Of a DNA stretch of 64,000 bases, positions 50,043-60,063 are shown in pieces (the stretch's first letter is position 1; every line of letters begins with the position of its first letter). The notes under the pieces are model-generated. The model was not told the DNA's origin. It did not search any database and saw nothing but the letters and a program-made list of their open reading frames with translations. The stretch is taken from the NCBI GenBank assembly GCA_963706325.1, contig CAVPLT010000007.1:96001-160000 (forward strand), read 5' to 3'. The position numbers and the translations under genes were made by a program. This stretch comes from an uncultured Nitrospiraceae bacterium. GTDB taxonomy: Bacteria > Nitrospirota > Nitrospiria > Nitrospirales > Nitrospiraceae.

Positions 50043-50340
50043 GTGGCTTGCGGTGAGAGAATTCGACATGAAGTCGGACGAGCCGATGGTCTGAAACGCA
50101 CCAGGCTATCGGAGGTTGTTGATAGTTTCTGGATCGACGAAACGGAGGTAACGAATGCCGAGTTCGTCAGAGCGACCAGGGTTCTTATTGTGGCCGACCC
50201 GGTCGCGCACGTGAAAGACTATCCAAATGCCAATCCTGGCGTTCTTCGCGGGATCTAATTTCTTCTCACCCCGGGATCATCCGTTTCGCTGTACGAACAG
50301 GTTTAAGCGGTGGTACGAAGCCAAAGGCGCGGACTGGAGT
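50043..50340 (+). pseudogene. Remnant of an FGE-sulfatase (SUMF1) domain gene
   Basis: VDSFWIDETEVTNAEF, DYPNA, then a shifted frame with F.P.DHP...KGADW. Confidence 0.7.
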
Positions 50341-50623
50341 TTTCTCCTGTGGGTCTTGTCAATGTCGTGGCGTGGACGTCTGGCTGGTCCCGGCGTGACT
50401 CTTATACCCCCGCGCGAAGCACGTGAAGAGCCACCCGCAATTCCTAAGAACCATCGTCCCGGAATGCTTCAATCGACTATGCCGGGCATCACCAAGCGCA
50501 TCTGTGGATGGAAGATATTTTCCTCGCTGATCAGCCAGCACACACCAGAGAGACCGGAGAGGCCGGGAACTGGCATCTCCACAATATCCGTAAGGCCGCC
50601 CTGTCGGCAGAAGGAGGCTGACG

Positions 50624-52462
50624 ATGAGGAGCCACGCAACTATCTATCGGCTTGTCCCGATCCTGATGCTATCCCTCAGCATCGGATCGATCACGGGTTG
50701 GAAGGTGCCGTCGGTCCTCGCAGAGGACAACAGGCCGCAGCCGACGCTCAGGGACCTGATCGGCGGAAAGGCCAAGGACGAGCAGGCAACGAAACCAGTC
50801 GATCCTGATAGTCTGCAACTCGGGGTTCCCGAAGATCCTCTCGGTCGAGACGTTCCTCGCTCCAGCGTTCGCGGATTTCTCGCGGCGGTCGACAATCGCG
50901 ACTATGCGCGGGCAGCGGAATATCTCGATCTACGGAACCTGCCGACGGATGTCACTCCTGAGCAAGGACAAAAATTAGCGCGGCAGTTGAAGATCGTGCT
51001 AGATCGGGTCCTCTGGATCGATCTGGAGCTTCTCAGCACCAGCCTGGAAGGTGACCGTACGGACAACCTTCCCGTCGTGCGTGACCGCATCGGACGAATT
51101 ACCACGGATGCAGGGAAAGTGTACGACGTGCTGCTCCAGCGGATCCCACGCGGTGACGGCGCGTATATCTGGAAGTTTTCAGGCGCCACGGTGGCTGACA
51201 TCCCAGATCTTTATAAAGAGTACGGCTATGGCCCGTTCGAACGAGCCTTCCCGGCCTTCTTGTTCGATGTCTCGCTGATGGGCATTCACCTCTGGATGTG
51301 GTTGTTGGCTATCGTCATGGGTATTGCGCTGTACCCCGTCGCCATCCTGATCACGAGGTCGGCCATCTATGTCCTGAGTTACTTCAATTCTGATTTGGCC
51401 CAGAGCATCTCCCGCTTCTTCGCAGGACCAATGCAGCTCCTCCTGTGGACAGTCCTGGGGAGAAGTGCCATCCAGGCGGTCGGGCCGTCAGTTGCGGTAC
51501 GCGCTGTTGGACAGGCCCGCACCTTCCAAGTATTCGCGCTGGCCTGGCTGCTCCTACGGGTTGTAGACTTCGCTGCCCACCGGGCAAGTTCGAACCTTGA
51601 TCGCAAAGGTCTGGCAGGAGCCTTGGTGCTTCTGAAGCCATTGGCCCAACTCCTCAAGGCAGTCGCGGTCACGGCCGCCGTGCTGCTCTGGTTGGACAAT
51701 ATTGGCTTCAAGGTGACCACCCTGCTGGCCGGTCTCAGCATCAGTGGAGTGGCCGTCGCGCTCGCTTCGCAGAAGTCGCTAGAAAACATCTTCGCGGCCT
51801 TCACCCTTTTTGCCGCGCAACCGGTCAAGGTGGGCGACTTCTGCCGGTTCGGCGACAAGATGGGGATTGTAGAAGAAATCGGGCTCCGGGCCACCCGTAT
51901 CCGCACCTTGGAACGCAGCGTCATCACCATCGCCAATGCCGAGTTCGCCGGCATGCATCTCGACAATCTGTCCAAACGCGACCGCTTTTGGTATCACCCG
52001 CGACTGGCGCTGCGGTACGAGACGACGCCCGATCAGATCCGCTACATCCTGGTCGAAGTCCGAAAAATGCTCTATGCCCACCCGAAAGTCTTATCGGACC
52101 CCATGCATGTCCGCTTTTCGGGGTTCGGCGAAAGCGCGCTCAACATAGAGCTCTTCGCCTATATCGGGGTGCCCGACTATACCGAATCTCTCGAGGTCGC
52201 GGAGGATCTGAACCTGCGGATCATGGAAATCATCGCCGCCGCCGGTTCCGATTTCGCGCTCCCCGTGGAGATTCAGTACGAGTTGCCGGGGAAACCGTTT
52301 GATGATCAGCGGGCGCAGGCCATTGCAGCGCAGGTGAAGGAGTGGGAAACGAACCGGGCGCTCTACTTGCCGAACTTTCCGAAGGAAAAGATCGCGGAGA
52401 TCAAGGGGTCCCTGGACTATCCGCCGAAGGGGTCACCTCACTATGCCAACACACCGACCTAA
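50624..52462 (+). CDS. MscS-family mechanosensitive channel with periplasmic N-terminal domain
   Basis: LLAGLSISGVAVALASQKSLEN, PVKVGDFC, VEEIGLRATRIRT. Confidence 0.92.
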   Translation: MRSHATIYRLVPILMLSLSIGSITGWKVPSVLAEDNRPQPTLRDLIGGKAKDEQATKPVDPDSLQLGVPEDPLGRDVPRSSVRGFLAAVDNRDYARAAEYLDLRNLPTDVTPEQGQKLARQLKIVLDRVLWIDLELLSTSLEGDRTDNLPVVRDRIGRITTDAGKVYDVLLQRIPRGDGAYIWKFSGATVADIPDLYKEYGYGPFERAFPAFLFDVSLMGIHLWMWLLAIVMGIALYPVAILITRSAIYVLSYFNSDLAQSISRFFAGPMQLLLWTVLGRSAIQAVGPSVAVRAVGQARTFQVFALAWLLLRVVDFAAHRASSNLDRKGLAGALVLLKPLAQLLKAVAVTAAVLLWLDNIGFKVTTLLAGLSISGVAVALASQKSLENIFAAFTLFAAQPVKVGDFCRFGDKMGIVEEIGLRATRIRTLERSVITIANAEFAGMHLDNLSKRDRFWYHPRLALRYETTPDQIRYILVEVRKMLYAHPKVLSDPMHVRFSGFGESALNIELFAYIGVPDYTESLEVAEDLNLRIMEIIAAAGSDFALPVEIQYELPGKPFDDQRAQAIAAQVKEWETNRALYLPNFPKEKIAEIKGSLDYPPKGSPHYANTPT

Positions 52463-52635
52463 TGGCCTGATGTCACGACTAGTCGGATGGTTGGTTGCCG
52501 GATTCGAGTCGGCGTCAACGTATCAGCGTAACGATGTGACCTGATGCCGCCAAGAAAGCCGGCAGCGCGACCGAGTGCGCGAAAAGTATGAATGAAACAC
52601 GGGGACTGATCGCTGCGAGTAATAAGGAGCTGAGC

Positions 52636-53529
52636 ATGACGACAATGGAACTCATCGACTACCCTCTCTTACAGAATGTGTTTCATCCCTCCGACTTCAG
52701 CGCCGAGAGCGAAACGGCGTTTGCGCATGCCTTGAAGGCCTCGCTGACTGCCAAGGCGGCGCTGACTATCCTTCACGTGTCGCCGCAACGGGAGGGGGAG
52801 TGGATGGAGTTTCCGGGAGTACGTGAAACGCTTGAACGATGGCACCTCCTTCCCAAGAACAGCCTGCGGTCCGATGTTTCCAAGCTGGGTATCGACGTAA
52901 AAAAAGTCAAAACTGTTCATAAAGACCCCGTAGAGTCCGTCACCGAATATCTGTCCACGCATGCCACCGACCTGATCGTTCTTGCCACCGATCAGAGTAA
53001 AGGGTCTGTGCCGTGGTTCAGCAAGTCGGTTGCGGTTCCAATTGCCCGCGCGTCGCGGCAGATGACCCTCTTTGTCCCTAAAGGCGTGGAGGGATTCGTC
53101 TCCCTAGAGGACGGCTCCATTTCGCTGAAGAATATTTTGATCCCCGTGGCGTCGAATCCAGCGGCCCAGCCATCTATCCAGGCTGCGGTTCGGATGGCGT
53201 GCCGGCTTAACTGCACCTCCGGCGTATTTACAGTACTGCACGTGGGTGAGCGCGAAGGTATGCCTGAAATACGCCTTCCTGAGGTGGCCGGATGGCGGTG
53301 GGACAAGGTGACTAGGCAAGGCGATGTCATCGATGTGATCTGCAAGACGGCGTTGGAGACAGAAGCCGGCTTAGTCGTTATGTCCACCGACGGCCGCAAC
53401 GGCTTTCTCGATGCCTTGCGAGGCAGTCATAGCGAGCGGGTGCTTCGGGAGTGCCCATGTGCACTATTGGCCATCCCTGCCGGCGGGTTCATCGCGACAG
53501 GTTCTGGAGAGCGAACTCAAAAGAAGTGA
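52636..53529 (+). CDS. Tandem universal stress protein
   Basis: HPSDFS, DLIVLAT, GSHSERVLRECPCALL. Confidence 0.9.
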   Translation: MTTMELIDYPLLQNVFHPSDFSAESETAFAHALKASLTAKAALTILHVSPQREGEWMEFPGVRETLERWHLLPKNSLRSDVSKLGIDVKKVKTVHKDPVESVTEYLSTHATDLIVLATDQSKGSVPWFSKSVAVPIARASRQMTLFVPKGVEGFVSLEDGSISLKNILIPVASNPAAQPSIQAAVRMACRLNCTSGVFTVLHVGEREGMPEIRLPEVAGWRWDKVTRQGDVIDVICKTALETEAGLVVMSTDGRNGFLDALRGSHSERVLRECPCALLAIPAGGFIATGSGERTQKK

Positions 53530-53664
53530 CGCGCCGTGACGCTACGCCGCGGCGGATCTTCGCTCGGCTCTCCGCGCATGGTCTGGAATTTGGCCGGCCT
53601 GTTCGCTGTATGAGGCAATGATTGTTGACCCCAGCGCCGAAGATCATGCCAGGGCGAGACAGTG

Positions 53665-54240
53665 TTATTTCGGCGGGAAATGCGTCAACATGTCATGGAT
53701 GGCTTCGCGAAGGAGCTCCTGCCTTGCGTGCGGATCGCGGGAAGGGTCCACTTCGGCCTGGGCGATTCCCCGCCAGACAAGGCGATTCGTTTGTCCATTG
53801 ACGACATCGAGAATCAAGGTGCCTTCCTTATAAGACTGGACATCCGTGACCGTTCGACTTCCTGCCGGCCATCCTCCTCCGTATCCCGGGCGTTCTCCCA
53901 CCCCAAAACCATCGTAATGGCTGATACTGGACATATTGAGCAAATCCTTCAGCGAGGCATAATAAGAAACGTAGAAGTCCGGCTTTTCGGCATCAACTCT
54001 TCTATAGCCCTTTAACGTTAACTGGCCCTCCACCGTCCCGCGAACGCGAATATCGGTTAGGGAATTATCAAGCCGCGGGTCACCGGTCGGTTCTTGATGA
54101 CTCGCCACCCAATCAAACGTTCGGAAAGTTGAAAATTCAGCCCCTGGGTCATGGTCATAAGTCACCTTCAGAGAGGAGCAGCCGAATTGTAGAGTGATGA
54201 GTAACAGGAAAGATAAAACACGCTTCATCATTGACACCAT
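53665..54240 (-). CDS. DUF4136 lipoprotein
   Basis: QFGC lipobox; YKEGTLILD...LVWRG...FPP. Confidence 0.88.
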   Translation of the reverse strand: MVSMMKRVLSFLLLITLQFGCSSLKVTYDHDPGAEFSTFRTFDWVASHQEPTGDPRLDNSLTDIRVRGTVEGQLTLKGYRRVDAEKPDFYVSYYASLKDLLNMSSISHYDGFGVGERPGYGGGWPAGSRTVTDVQSYKEGTLILDVVNGQTNRLVWRGIAQAEVDPSRDPHARQELLREAIHDMLTHFPPK

Positions 54241-54446
54241 TGTATCGCTTGAGATATTCCCATCGTCATGCGCATGGGCCTCCTCGAAGATTCAGCCTGT
54301 TGATCCGGTCCGTGCAGGGCGTGGAGACCTTGCATTGCGATATGGCCGACGAGAGCAGGGCCGAGAGGCGCGGACACGATACCTCACTCCTTTCTGAAAG
54401 TAAACGAGTGACGCTCCGCGAGCTCAGTTGCGGCTCCCCCGTGCAC

Positions 54447-54462
54447 CTGTTAGTTTTGACAG
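54447..54462. promoter_or_regulatory. Palindromic site copy 3 (CTGTTAGTTTTGACAG)
   Basis: Lies between the divergent DUF4136 genes. Confidence 0.75.
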
Positions 54463-54538
54463 TCTCTGCATCTGTTTCAAACAGTAAGATTTGCCCCTCT
54501 CACCGATGGGGGGTGACGTGAAGGAGGGAGCGAGGGTT

Positions 54539-55108
54539 ATGTTGTTTGGCTGGCGGACCGGTCTGATTATCTTTATTCTCACTAGTGTCATCGGGTGTAC
54601 GAATATTGATGTCCGGACTGACTTTGATCGAACGGCGGATTTCACCAAATTTCAGACGTTCGCCTTTGAGGGCATGTCCGATCTTAATCAAACCGGTGTA
54701 TTGAGCAATAATCTTACTCGCAAACGCATTGAGACGGCCATCACGCGAGAACTGACGAATAAAGGGTTGAGGCTGGTCGGCTTGGAGCAGAGTCCGGATC
54801 TGCTCGTTCACTATTGGATTGGAATCAAAGAAAAACAAAGACTGGACACGACCGGTCCGTCCATGGGGGCCGCCTATGGCTGGCGCGGCAGGTATGGATA
54901 TGGGGCGGGCTACAGCGGTGTAACCACCTATGAATATAGGGAAGGGACCTTGATCACCGATCTCATCGAATCAACGAAGAAGGAACTGGTTTGGCGAGCC
55001 ACGACAGTGGCGAATTTGGAAGACACCACGGAAGAGAATATCGAGCTGGGCAATAAGGCGATTGCCAAAGCATTTGAAAGTTTTCCGCCCTCCAAAACTC
55101 AGCCATGA
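54539..55108 (+). CDS. DUF4136 lipoprotein
   Basis: VIGC lipobox; YREGTLITD...LVWRA...FPP. Confidence 0.88.
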   Translation: MLFGWRTGLIIFILTSVIGCTNIDVRTDFDRTADFTKFQTFAFEGMSDLNQTGVLSNNLTRKRIETAITRELTNKGLRLVGLEQSPDLLVHYWIGIKEKQRLDTTGPSMGAAYGWRGRYGYGAGYSGVTTYEYREGTLITDLIESTKKELVWRATTVANLEDTTEENIELGNKAIAKAFESFPPSKTQP

Positions 55109-55148
55109 GGAGGGCTTGGACAGAGTCATTTTATTCGAGGAGGACGAG

Positions 55149-55889
55149 ATGAGAAAGTCATTGAAAGAGTGGGGTCAATTTGGTCGCCGTTTACTCATGA
55201 TCGCGGTCGTCATGGGATTCGTGTCCATGGGTACGACGCAATTGGCGTGTGCCGATGATGTGGAAAATATGAAGGAGGCTGAGCTGATTCTTAACAGTGC
55301 CCTGGAGACGTGGCAGAACTTCACGGACGACCCGGCCAATTCCGGTTTCCGTGCCCATGTCAAGGAAGTTAAAGGAGTGTTGATCCTTCCCAAGCTCCTC
55401 AAGGGGGCTTTTCTGTTCGGTCTTGAAGCGGGAAACGGCGTGTTACTTGCTCGGGACGAAAAAACCAACACGTGGAGCGAGCCGGCTTTCTATGAGACCA
55501 CGACCGTCGGCTTCGGTTTGCAAGCGGGTGTAGAGAACACGGAATCGGTACTTCTCATCCAGACGGTGGAAGGAATCGAAAGCTTGATGAGCAATAGTTT
55601 CAAATTCGGCGGAGATGTGTCGGCGGCCCTCGGCTCGCAGGGCACCGGCATGGAGGGCTCTACCTCGGCCAATCTCGGAAAAGATTTCGTCACGTATTCC
55701 AGAACGAGCGGCTTGTTCGCCGGTGTGTCGGTTGAAGGCGCCTCCATAAGAACGCGAGATGATCTGAATAAATCCTATTACGGGTCCGCCGTGAGACCGA
55801 CCGGCATCCTGACCGTTCGGGATGTTAAACCGAATCCCCGATCACAGGCACTTCATGACGCAGTGGTGAACGTTGCCGGTGGAAAGTAG
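55149..55889 (+). CDS. Exported SYLF (Ysc84) domain protein, second copy
   Basis: GAFLFG..AGNGVL, WSEPAF, FGLQAG, GLFAGVSVEG. Confidence 0.9.
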   Translation: MRKSLKEWGQFGRRLLMIAVVMGFVSMGTTQLACADDVENMKEAELILNSALETWQNFTDDPANSGFRAHVKEVKGVLILPKLLKGAFLFGLEAGNGVLLARDEKTNTWSEPAFYETTTVGFGLQAGVENTESVLLIQTVEGIESLMSNSFKFGGDVSAALGSQGTGMEGSTSANLGKDFVTYSRTSGLFAGVSVEGASIRTRDDLNKSYYGSAVRPTGILTVRDVKPNPRSQALHDAVVNVAGGK

Positions 55890-56003
55890 CAGTTGCAAAG
55901 GGACAGCGTTGATTCTTAGGAGAACGACCGATATGGCCGCGGGCAGTAAGCGGAACATGATGCGCGTGGCCGGCATCTGCGCCTCAAGATAAAGGAGACC
56001 GGC

Positions 56004-56447
56004 ATGAAATTCTCGGGCATGATGCAGGGTCTCGTACTGATAGCGGCGATCGGGCAGGCCTTGACGGCTTGCAGCACGGTGGAGCAGGCCCCTGCTTCAC
56101 CGTTAGAGGAGGTCGCAGTGACAGATTTCCACAACGTGGCAGGGAATTGGGAAGGTGTGCTGGTGCAGTCTCCGCCGGCCCGATCACGATATGACGATTG
56201 GGTCCGTCTCACTATTAAGGAAGATGGAGCGTTTCATTTTGAAGCGTACCGCACCATCGGAGTATTCAGCGGAGCGGGTCAGTTCACGCTGGACCAGGGC
56301 GCACTCCTCGCTAAATCAGAGAAAGGCAGGATTTCTGCTCGACTCTACCGGCATGCCGGCCAGCGTGATCGACGCTTGAAGGCTGAAGGGACATCGGGAG
56401 ATGGGATCACCTACTACGCTGACCTGACCCCCGCCCGCCGACGCTAG
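56004..56447 (+). CDS. Hypothetical lipoprotein
   Basis: AAGGAG RBS; LTAC lipobox; AGNWEG beta motif. Confidence 0.8.
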   Translation: MKFSGMMQGLVLIAAIGQALTACSTVEQAPASPLEEVAVTDFHNVAGNWEGVLVQSPPARSRYDDWVRLTIKEDGAFHFEAYRTIGVFSGAGQFTLDQGALLAKSEKGRISARLYRHAGQRDRRLKAEGTSGDGITYYADLTPARRR

Positions 56448-56842
56448 TGGTATGTTCGAGGCAGTGCAGACGGCTGCGGAACGACCGCAAAATATGTTCG
56501 GTGGCGCTCACCTTCGTAAACCCCTTTCAGCATGACGACCTTCTGCTCGCGGACTGCGGAGTAATCCCCTCCCATCCACTATGCGGCGTGGGTCTGACCA
56601 TGTCGCGACTGCTGAATCCGGTCAGGATTCAGGAAATACTTGTTTATGAAGGAACAAGCATGCGAGAGCACCAGTCATGAATGACTGGTCCGAGTAGCAG
56701 TATTAAGCTTCGGTAAAATGCTACCGCGGCCATTGCAAATCGTCCCAGCTTCGCCCTATGCTGGTGCCCACGTCGCGTTCTGGCAGGCTATTTCGTCGGT
56801 AGCGCGGTGCGGAACCACGACTGAGCAAGTTCGCGTGATGCT

Positions 56843-58735
56843 ATGCGACCAAGCCAACCTCAGAAGCGCAAGTTTGCCCTTGTTCTACCACGCTGTGCGT
56901 CTTCCAGCTTGAGCGTGGTGAGAAAACCGCAGCACCTTCAATCAATCATCGATGCCTATCCGGTCTCTGTCGTCGTCATCGACGAACAGAAAGTGATCCG
57001 GTATGTCAACGCGGCCTGGCGCCGGTTTGCCGATCAATACGGCTGTCAGGCTCATTCATTTGGAATTGGACTCCCTTATCTACAGGTCTGCCGGAAGTCT
57101 AAAGGTCGGCTCGGCAGTGCCGGACGGCCAATCGCGAAGGGAATTGAGCGTCTGTTTTCAGGGGCTATCGAAGAATTTTCACATGAATATGCATGTGGCC
57201 CGGCCGCAAAACGCCTACGGTTCATGTCGAATGGACGCTGCTTTGCCGAGGGACGAACCCTCGCCCGCCGCGTCCTGTTGATACATCAATCGGTCGCACC
57301 AGCCAAACGCGCCATCGAGTTAATTAAGAGACGGGAGAGCAGCCTCAAAAAGTTGTTGGAGTCGACTCCGTTTGTCCCGTGGGAGGCAGATGCCAAAACG
57401 TGGCGCTTCACGTATGTTGGCCCTCAAGTCCAGGCGTTGCTGGGATATCCTCGTGCGGAGTGGTACGAGCCGAATTTTTGGATTACTCACCTGTATGCCG
57501 AAGATAGTGAGCGGACAATAAAGGCATACCAGGAGCTGGTGACCAACCGATCGCACTACGAACTCAAGTACCGAATGGTGTCGAAATCCGGACGGCCGGT
57601 ATGGTTGCGCAATTTTGTGATCGTGGATGGAAGGCATGGGAAGTCCAGAGTGTTCCGAGGCTTTTTCTGCGATGTGACCGCAGACGCGCAAGTGCAAGAA
57701 CGCGACACCTTGCTGCGTATGTTATCCGAGTCCATCGACGAAATCTTTTGGTTTGTGGGGCTGAACCCTTTACGCTTTATTTATCTCAGCCCCGCCGTCG
57801 AGCGGATCATGGGACGGGAAGCAGGTCAATTCTATAGCCGTGACGATTTTTGGTTACAGTGCATCCATGAAGAAGATCGCCAGCGGGTGCAGGAAGCCTT
57901 CTCCGGTTGGTTGAATGGAACATTTGCTGAGTACAAGGTTGAATTCAGAATCGTATTGCCCGATGGCCGGATTCGGTGGCTTGCTGACCATGGCGCATTG
58001 GTCTATGACGGCGGTGGACGTACAAGCTTTGCGACCGGCGTCGCCAAGGACATCACCGCAGAAAAGCAGAATAAAGAAAATTCGCGTCGGTTAAGTGGCC
58101 AGTTGATTTCTGCCCAAGAAGAGGAGCGCAAACGGATCGCGCGTGAGTTACATGACAATGTGAGTCAGGGATTGAGCCTGCTGACCGTCGAGTTGGAACA
58201 GTTGTGTCGACATCAGGACGCCACGTCACACCAACAGGATGCCCTGGCTGCCATGAAACGGCAACTGAAAGTTCTGTCGTCGGACGTCCATGCATTGTCG
58301 CATCAATTGCATCCAGAAAAACTCAAGCACCTTGGACTGGTGTCCGCTATGCGGGCCATGTGCCGAGATGTAGATCGGGCCGGGCTGAGGGTACATTTCG
58401 CTGACCATAGAATTCCACGCCAGGTGCACGACGATATATCCCTCACCCTCTATCGCGTCATGCAAGAGGGGTTGCATAACGTGAGAAAACACAGCGGGAC
58501 CAGCGAAGTTGAGGCAGACTTGTCGAAAGTCTCAAACGCTTTGATTCTTCGTCTGCGTGACCATGGTAGAGGGTTTGATCGGAGCAAGGCGGAATCCGCC
58601 GGAGGGCTCGGATTATCGAGCATGCGGGAACGGCTCTCCTCGGTAGGGGGATCGCTGCTCATCCAATCTGCTCCCGGTGAAGGCACCCTGCTTGAAGCCA
58701 GGGTGCCATTGTTCGATGATGGGCTCCTTTCGTAA
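56843..58735 (+). CDS. Cytoplasmic multi-PAS sensor histidine kinase (HisKA_3, NarX/UhpB type; start uncertain)
   Basis: Three PAS/PAC units; EERKRIARELHD, QEGLHNVRKHS, DHGRGF, GLGLSSMRER; no TM segments. Confidence 0.93.
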   Translation: MRPSQPQKRKFALVLPRCASSSLSVVRKPQHLQSIIDAYPVSVVVIDEQKVIRYVNAAWRRFADQYGCQAHSFGIGLPYLQVCRKSKGRLGSAGRPIAKGIERLFSGAIEEFSHEYACGPAAKRLRFMSNGRCFAEGRTLARRVLLIHQSVAPAKRAIELIKRRESSLKKLLESTPFVPWEADAKTWRFTYVGPQVQALLGYPRAEWYEPNFWITHLYAEDSERTIKAYQELVTNRSHYELKYRMVSKSGRPVWLRNFVIVDGRHGKSRVFRGFFCDVTADAQVQERDTLLRMLSESIDEIFWFVGLNPLRFIYLSPAVERIMGREAGQFYSRDDFWLQCIHEEDRQRVQEAFSGWLNGTFAEYKVEFRIVLPDGRIRWLADHGALVYDGGGRTSFATGVAKDITAEKQNKENSRRLSGQLISAQEEERKRIARELHDNVSQGLSLLTVELEQLCRHQDATSHQQDALAAMKRQLKVLSSDVHALSHQLHPEKLKHLGLVSAMRAMCRDVDRAGLRVHFADHRIPRQVHDDISLTLYRVMQEGLHNVRKHSGTSEVEADLSKVSNALILRLRDHGRGFDRSKAESAGGLGLSSMRERLSSVGGSLLIQSAPGEGTLLEARVPLFDDGLLS

Positions 58736-58742
58736 GGATGAC

Positions 58743-59396
58743 ATGAATAATCTCCGGTTGCTTCTTGCCGACGACCACCTCCTGCTCCTCGATGCGTTCA
58801 AGCGTTTACTTGAGGAACGGTATGACGTCATCGGGACGGCGGTCAACGGTCTGGAGCTGGTTACGTCGGCAATTCGTTTGAAGCCGGACATCATTATCGC
58901 CGATGTGGCCATGCCTCTTCAAAACGGATTGGACGCGGTCAAGCGTGTGAAGAGGTTTCTACCGCATGTCAGAATCATTATCTTGACTGCCATCGAAGAT
59001 CCGGACCTCGCCCAGCGCGCGCTCTCTTCCGGTGTTTCCGGGTATCTGCTGAAGAGCTCCGCAGCCGCGGAATTGTTCGAGGCGCTGCAGGCTGTCTGCT
59101 CTGGCCGACTCTATGTGTCGGGGTCTATTGCCAAGATGCTTGAGGATTGCTCCGCAACCGGCCGAAAAAAACAATCCCCGGAACGAACCCTTAGCGCCCG
59201 TCAGCGTCAGGTCCTGCAATTGTTGGCTGAAGGACATACCATGAAGCAGGCGGCGGCGGAGTTGGGGGTCACGCCGCGTACGATCGCGTTTCACAAATAT
59301 CATGTTATGAAGCTGTTTCGAATGAACTCCAACTCCCAGCTGATCCAGTTGGCTCTGACTGAGCGTCTAATCTCAAATCCCCCTCAATCCTGTTAG
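58743..59396 (+). CDS. NarL/FixJ family response regulator
   Basis: LADDH, D.AMP..NG, GYLLK; LuxR HTH LSARQRQVLQLLAEG. Confidence 0.93.
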   Translation: MNNLRLLLADDHLLLLDAFKRLLEERYDVIGTAVNGLELVTSAIRLKPDIIIADVAMPLQNGLDAVKRVKRFLPHVRIIILTAIEDPDLAQRALSSGVSGYLLKSSAAAELFEALQAVCSGRLYVSGSIAKMLEDCSATGRKKQSPERTLSARQRQVLQLLAEGHTMKQAAAELGVTPRTIAFHKYHVMKLFRMNSNSQLIQLALTERLISNPPQSC

Positions 59397-59405
59397 TTTT
59401 GACAG
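59390..59405. promoter_or_regulatory. Palindromic site copy 4 (CTGTTAGTTTTGACAG)
   Basis: Identical to copy 3; overlaps the regulator stop codon. Confidence 0.75.
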
Positions 59406-59470
59406 TTCCACATAGTCGGCATTGTGCGTAATGTGTCAGGACATCCACTGATCACATACAAAGGTGCAAT

Positions 59471-59927
59471 GTGTGCGCTTCGTTCCGGATTCCTGCTACT
59501 CCGGGGCCGGGAAACAAAGAGGTTCGGCCTCGGCCCAGCGTCGTACTGGCCGACGACAATGCTTTGTTGCTGGATCGAGTAGCAAACCTGCTCGCTGAAG
59601 ATTTCGATGTCGTGGGCCTGGTGTCAAATGGCCGCGATTTGCTGGAGTTTGTCGACCGCTGCCATCCGGACCTGATCGTGTCCGATATTACGATGCCGTA
59701 TGTGGACGGGTTAGAAGTGGCACGCCAACTTCATGAGCGCCGGCGCGACCAGCAAAATCATCTTTCTAACCGTACACGACGATTCGGATTATCTACGGGA
59801 GAGCTTCTTAGTCGGGGCGATGGGATACGTCATTAAAGACAGACTTATTCCAGACCTGCTGCAAGCCATGCATGAAGTCCTGGCAGGACGGCCTTATGTG
59901 TCGGCCTCACCGAATCTACGCCTCTAA
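59471..59927 (+). pseudogene. Frameshifted single-domain response regulator receiver
   Basis: VLADDN...SDITMP..DGL in one frame, SKIIFLTVH...GYVIK in another; shift near 59738. Confidence 0.82.
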
Positions 59928-59958
59928 CGGTGCACATTTCTCCTCCGGCGGTACGCAC

Positions 59959-59974
59959 CTGTCACTTTTGACAG
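59959..59974. promoter_or_regulatory. Palindromic site copy 5 (CTGTCACTTTTGACAG)
   Basis: About 90 bp upstream of the Rieske gene. Confidence 0.75.
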
Positions 59975-60063
59975 TATATATCTGCCCTGCGGACTTGTAG
60001 CATTGGCTGCAATTTTCAGGGGGACCACCGTCCTTATCATCCTTAGGGAGACGCAGGTGATCC

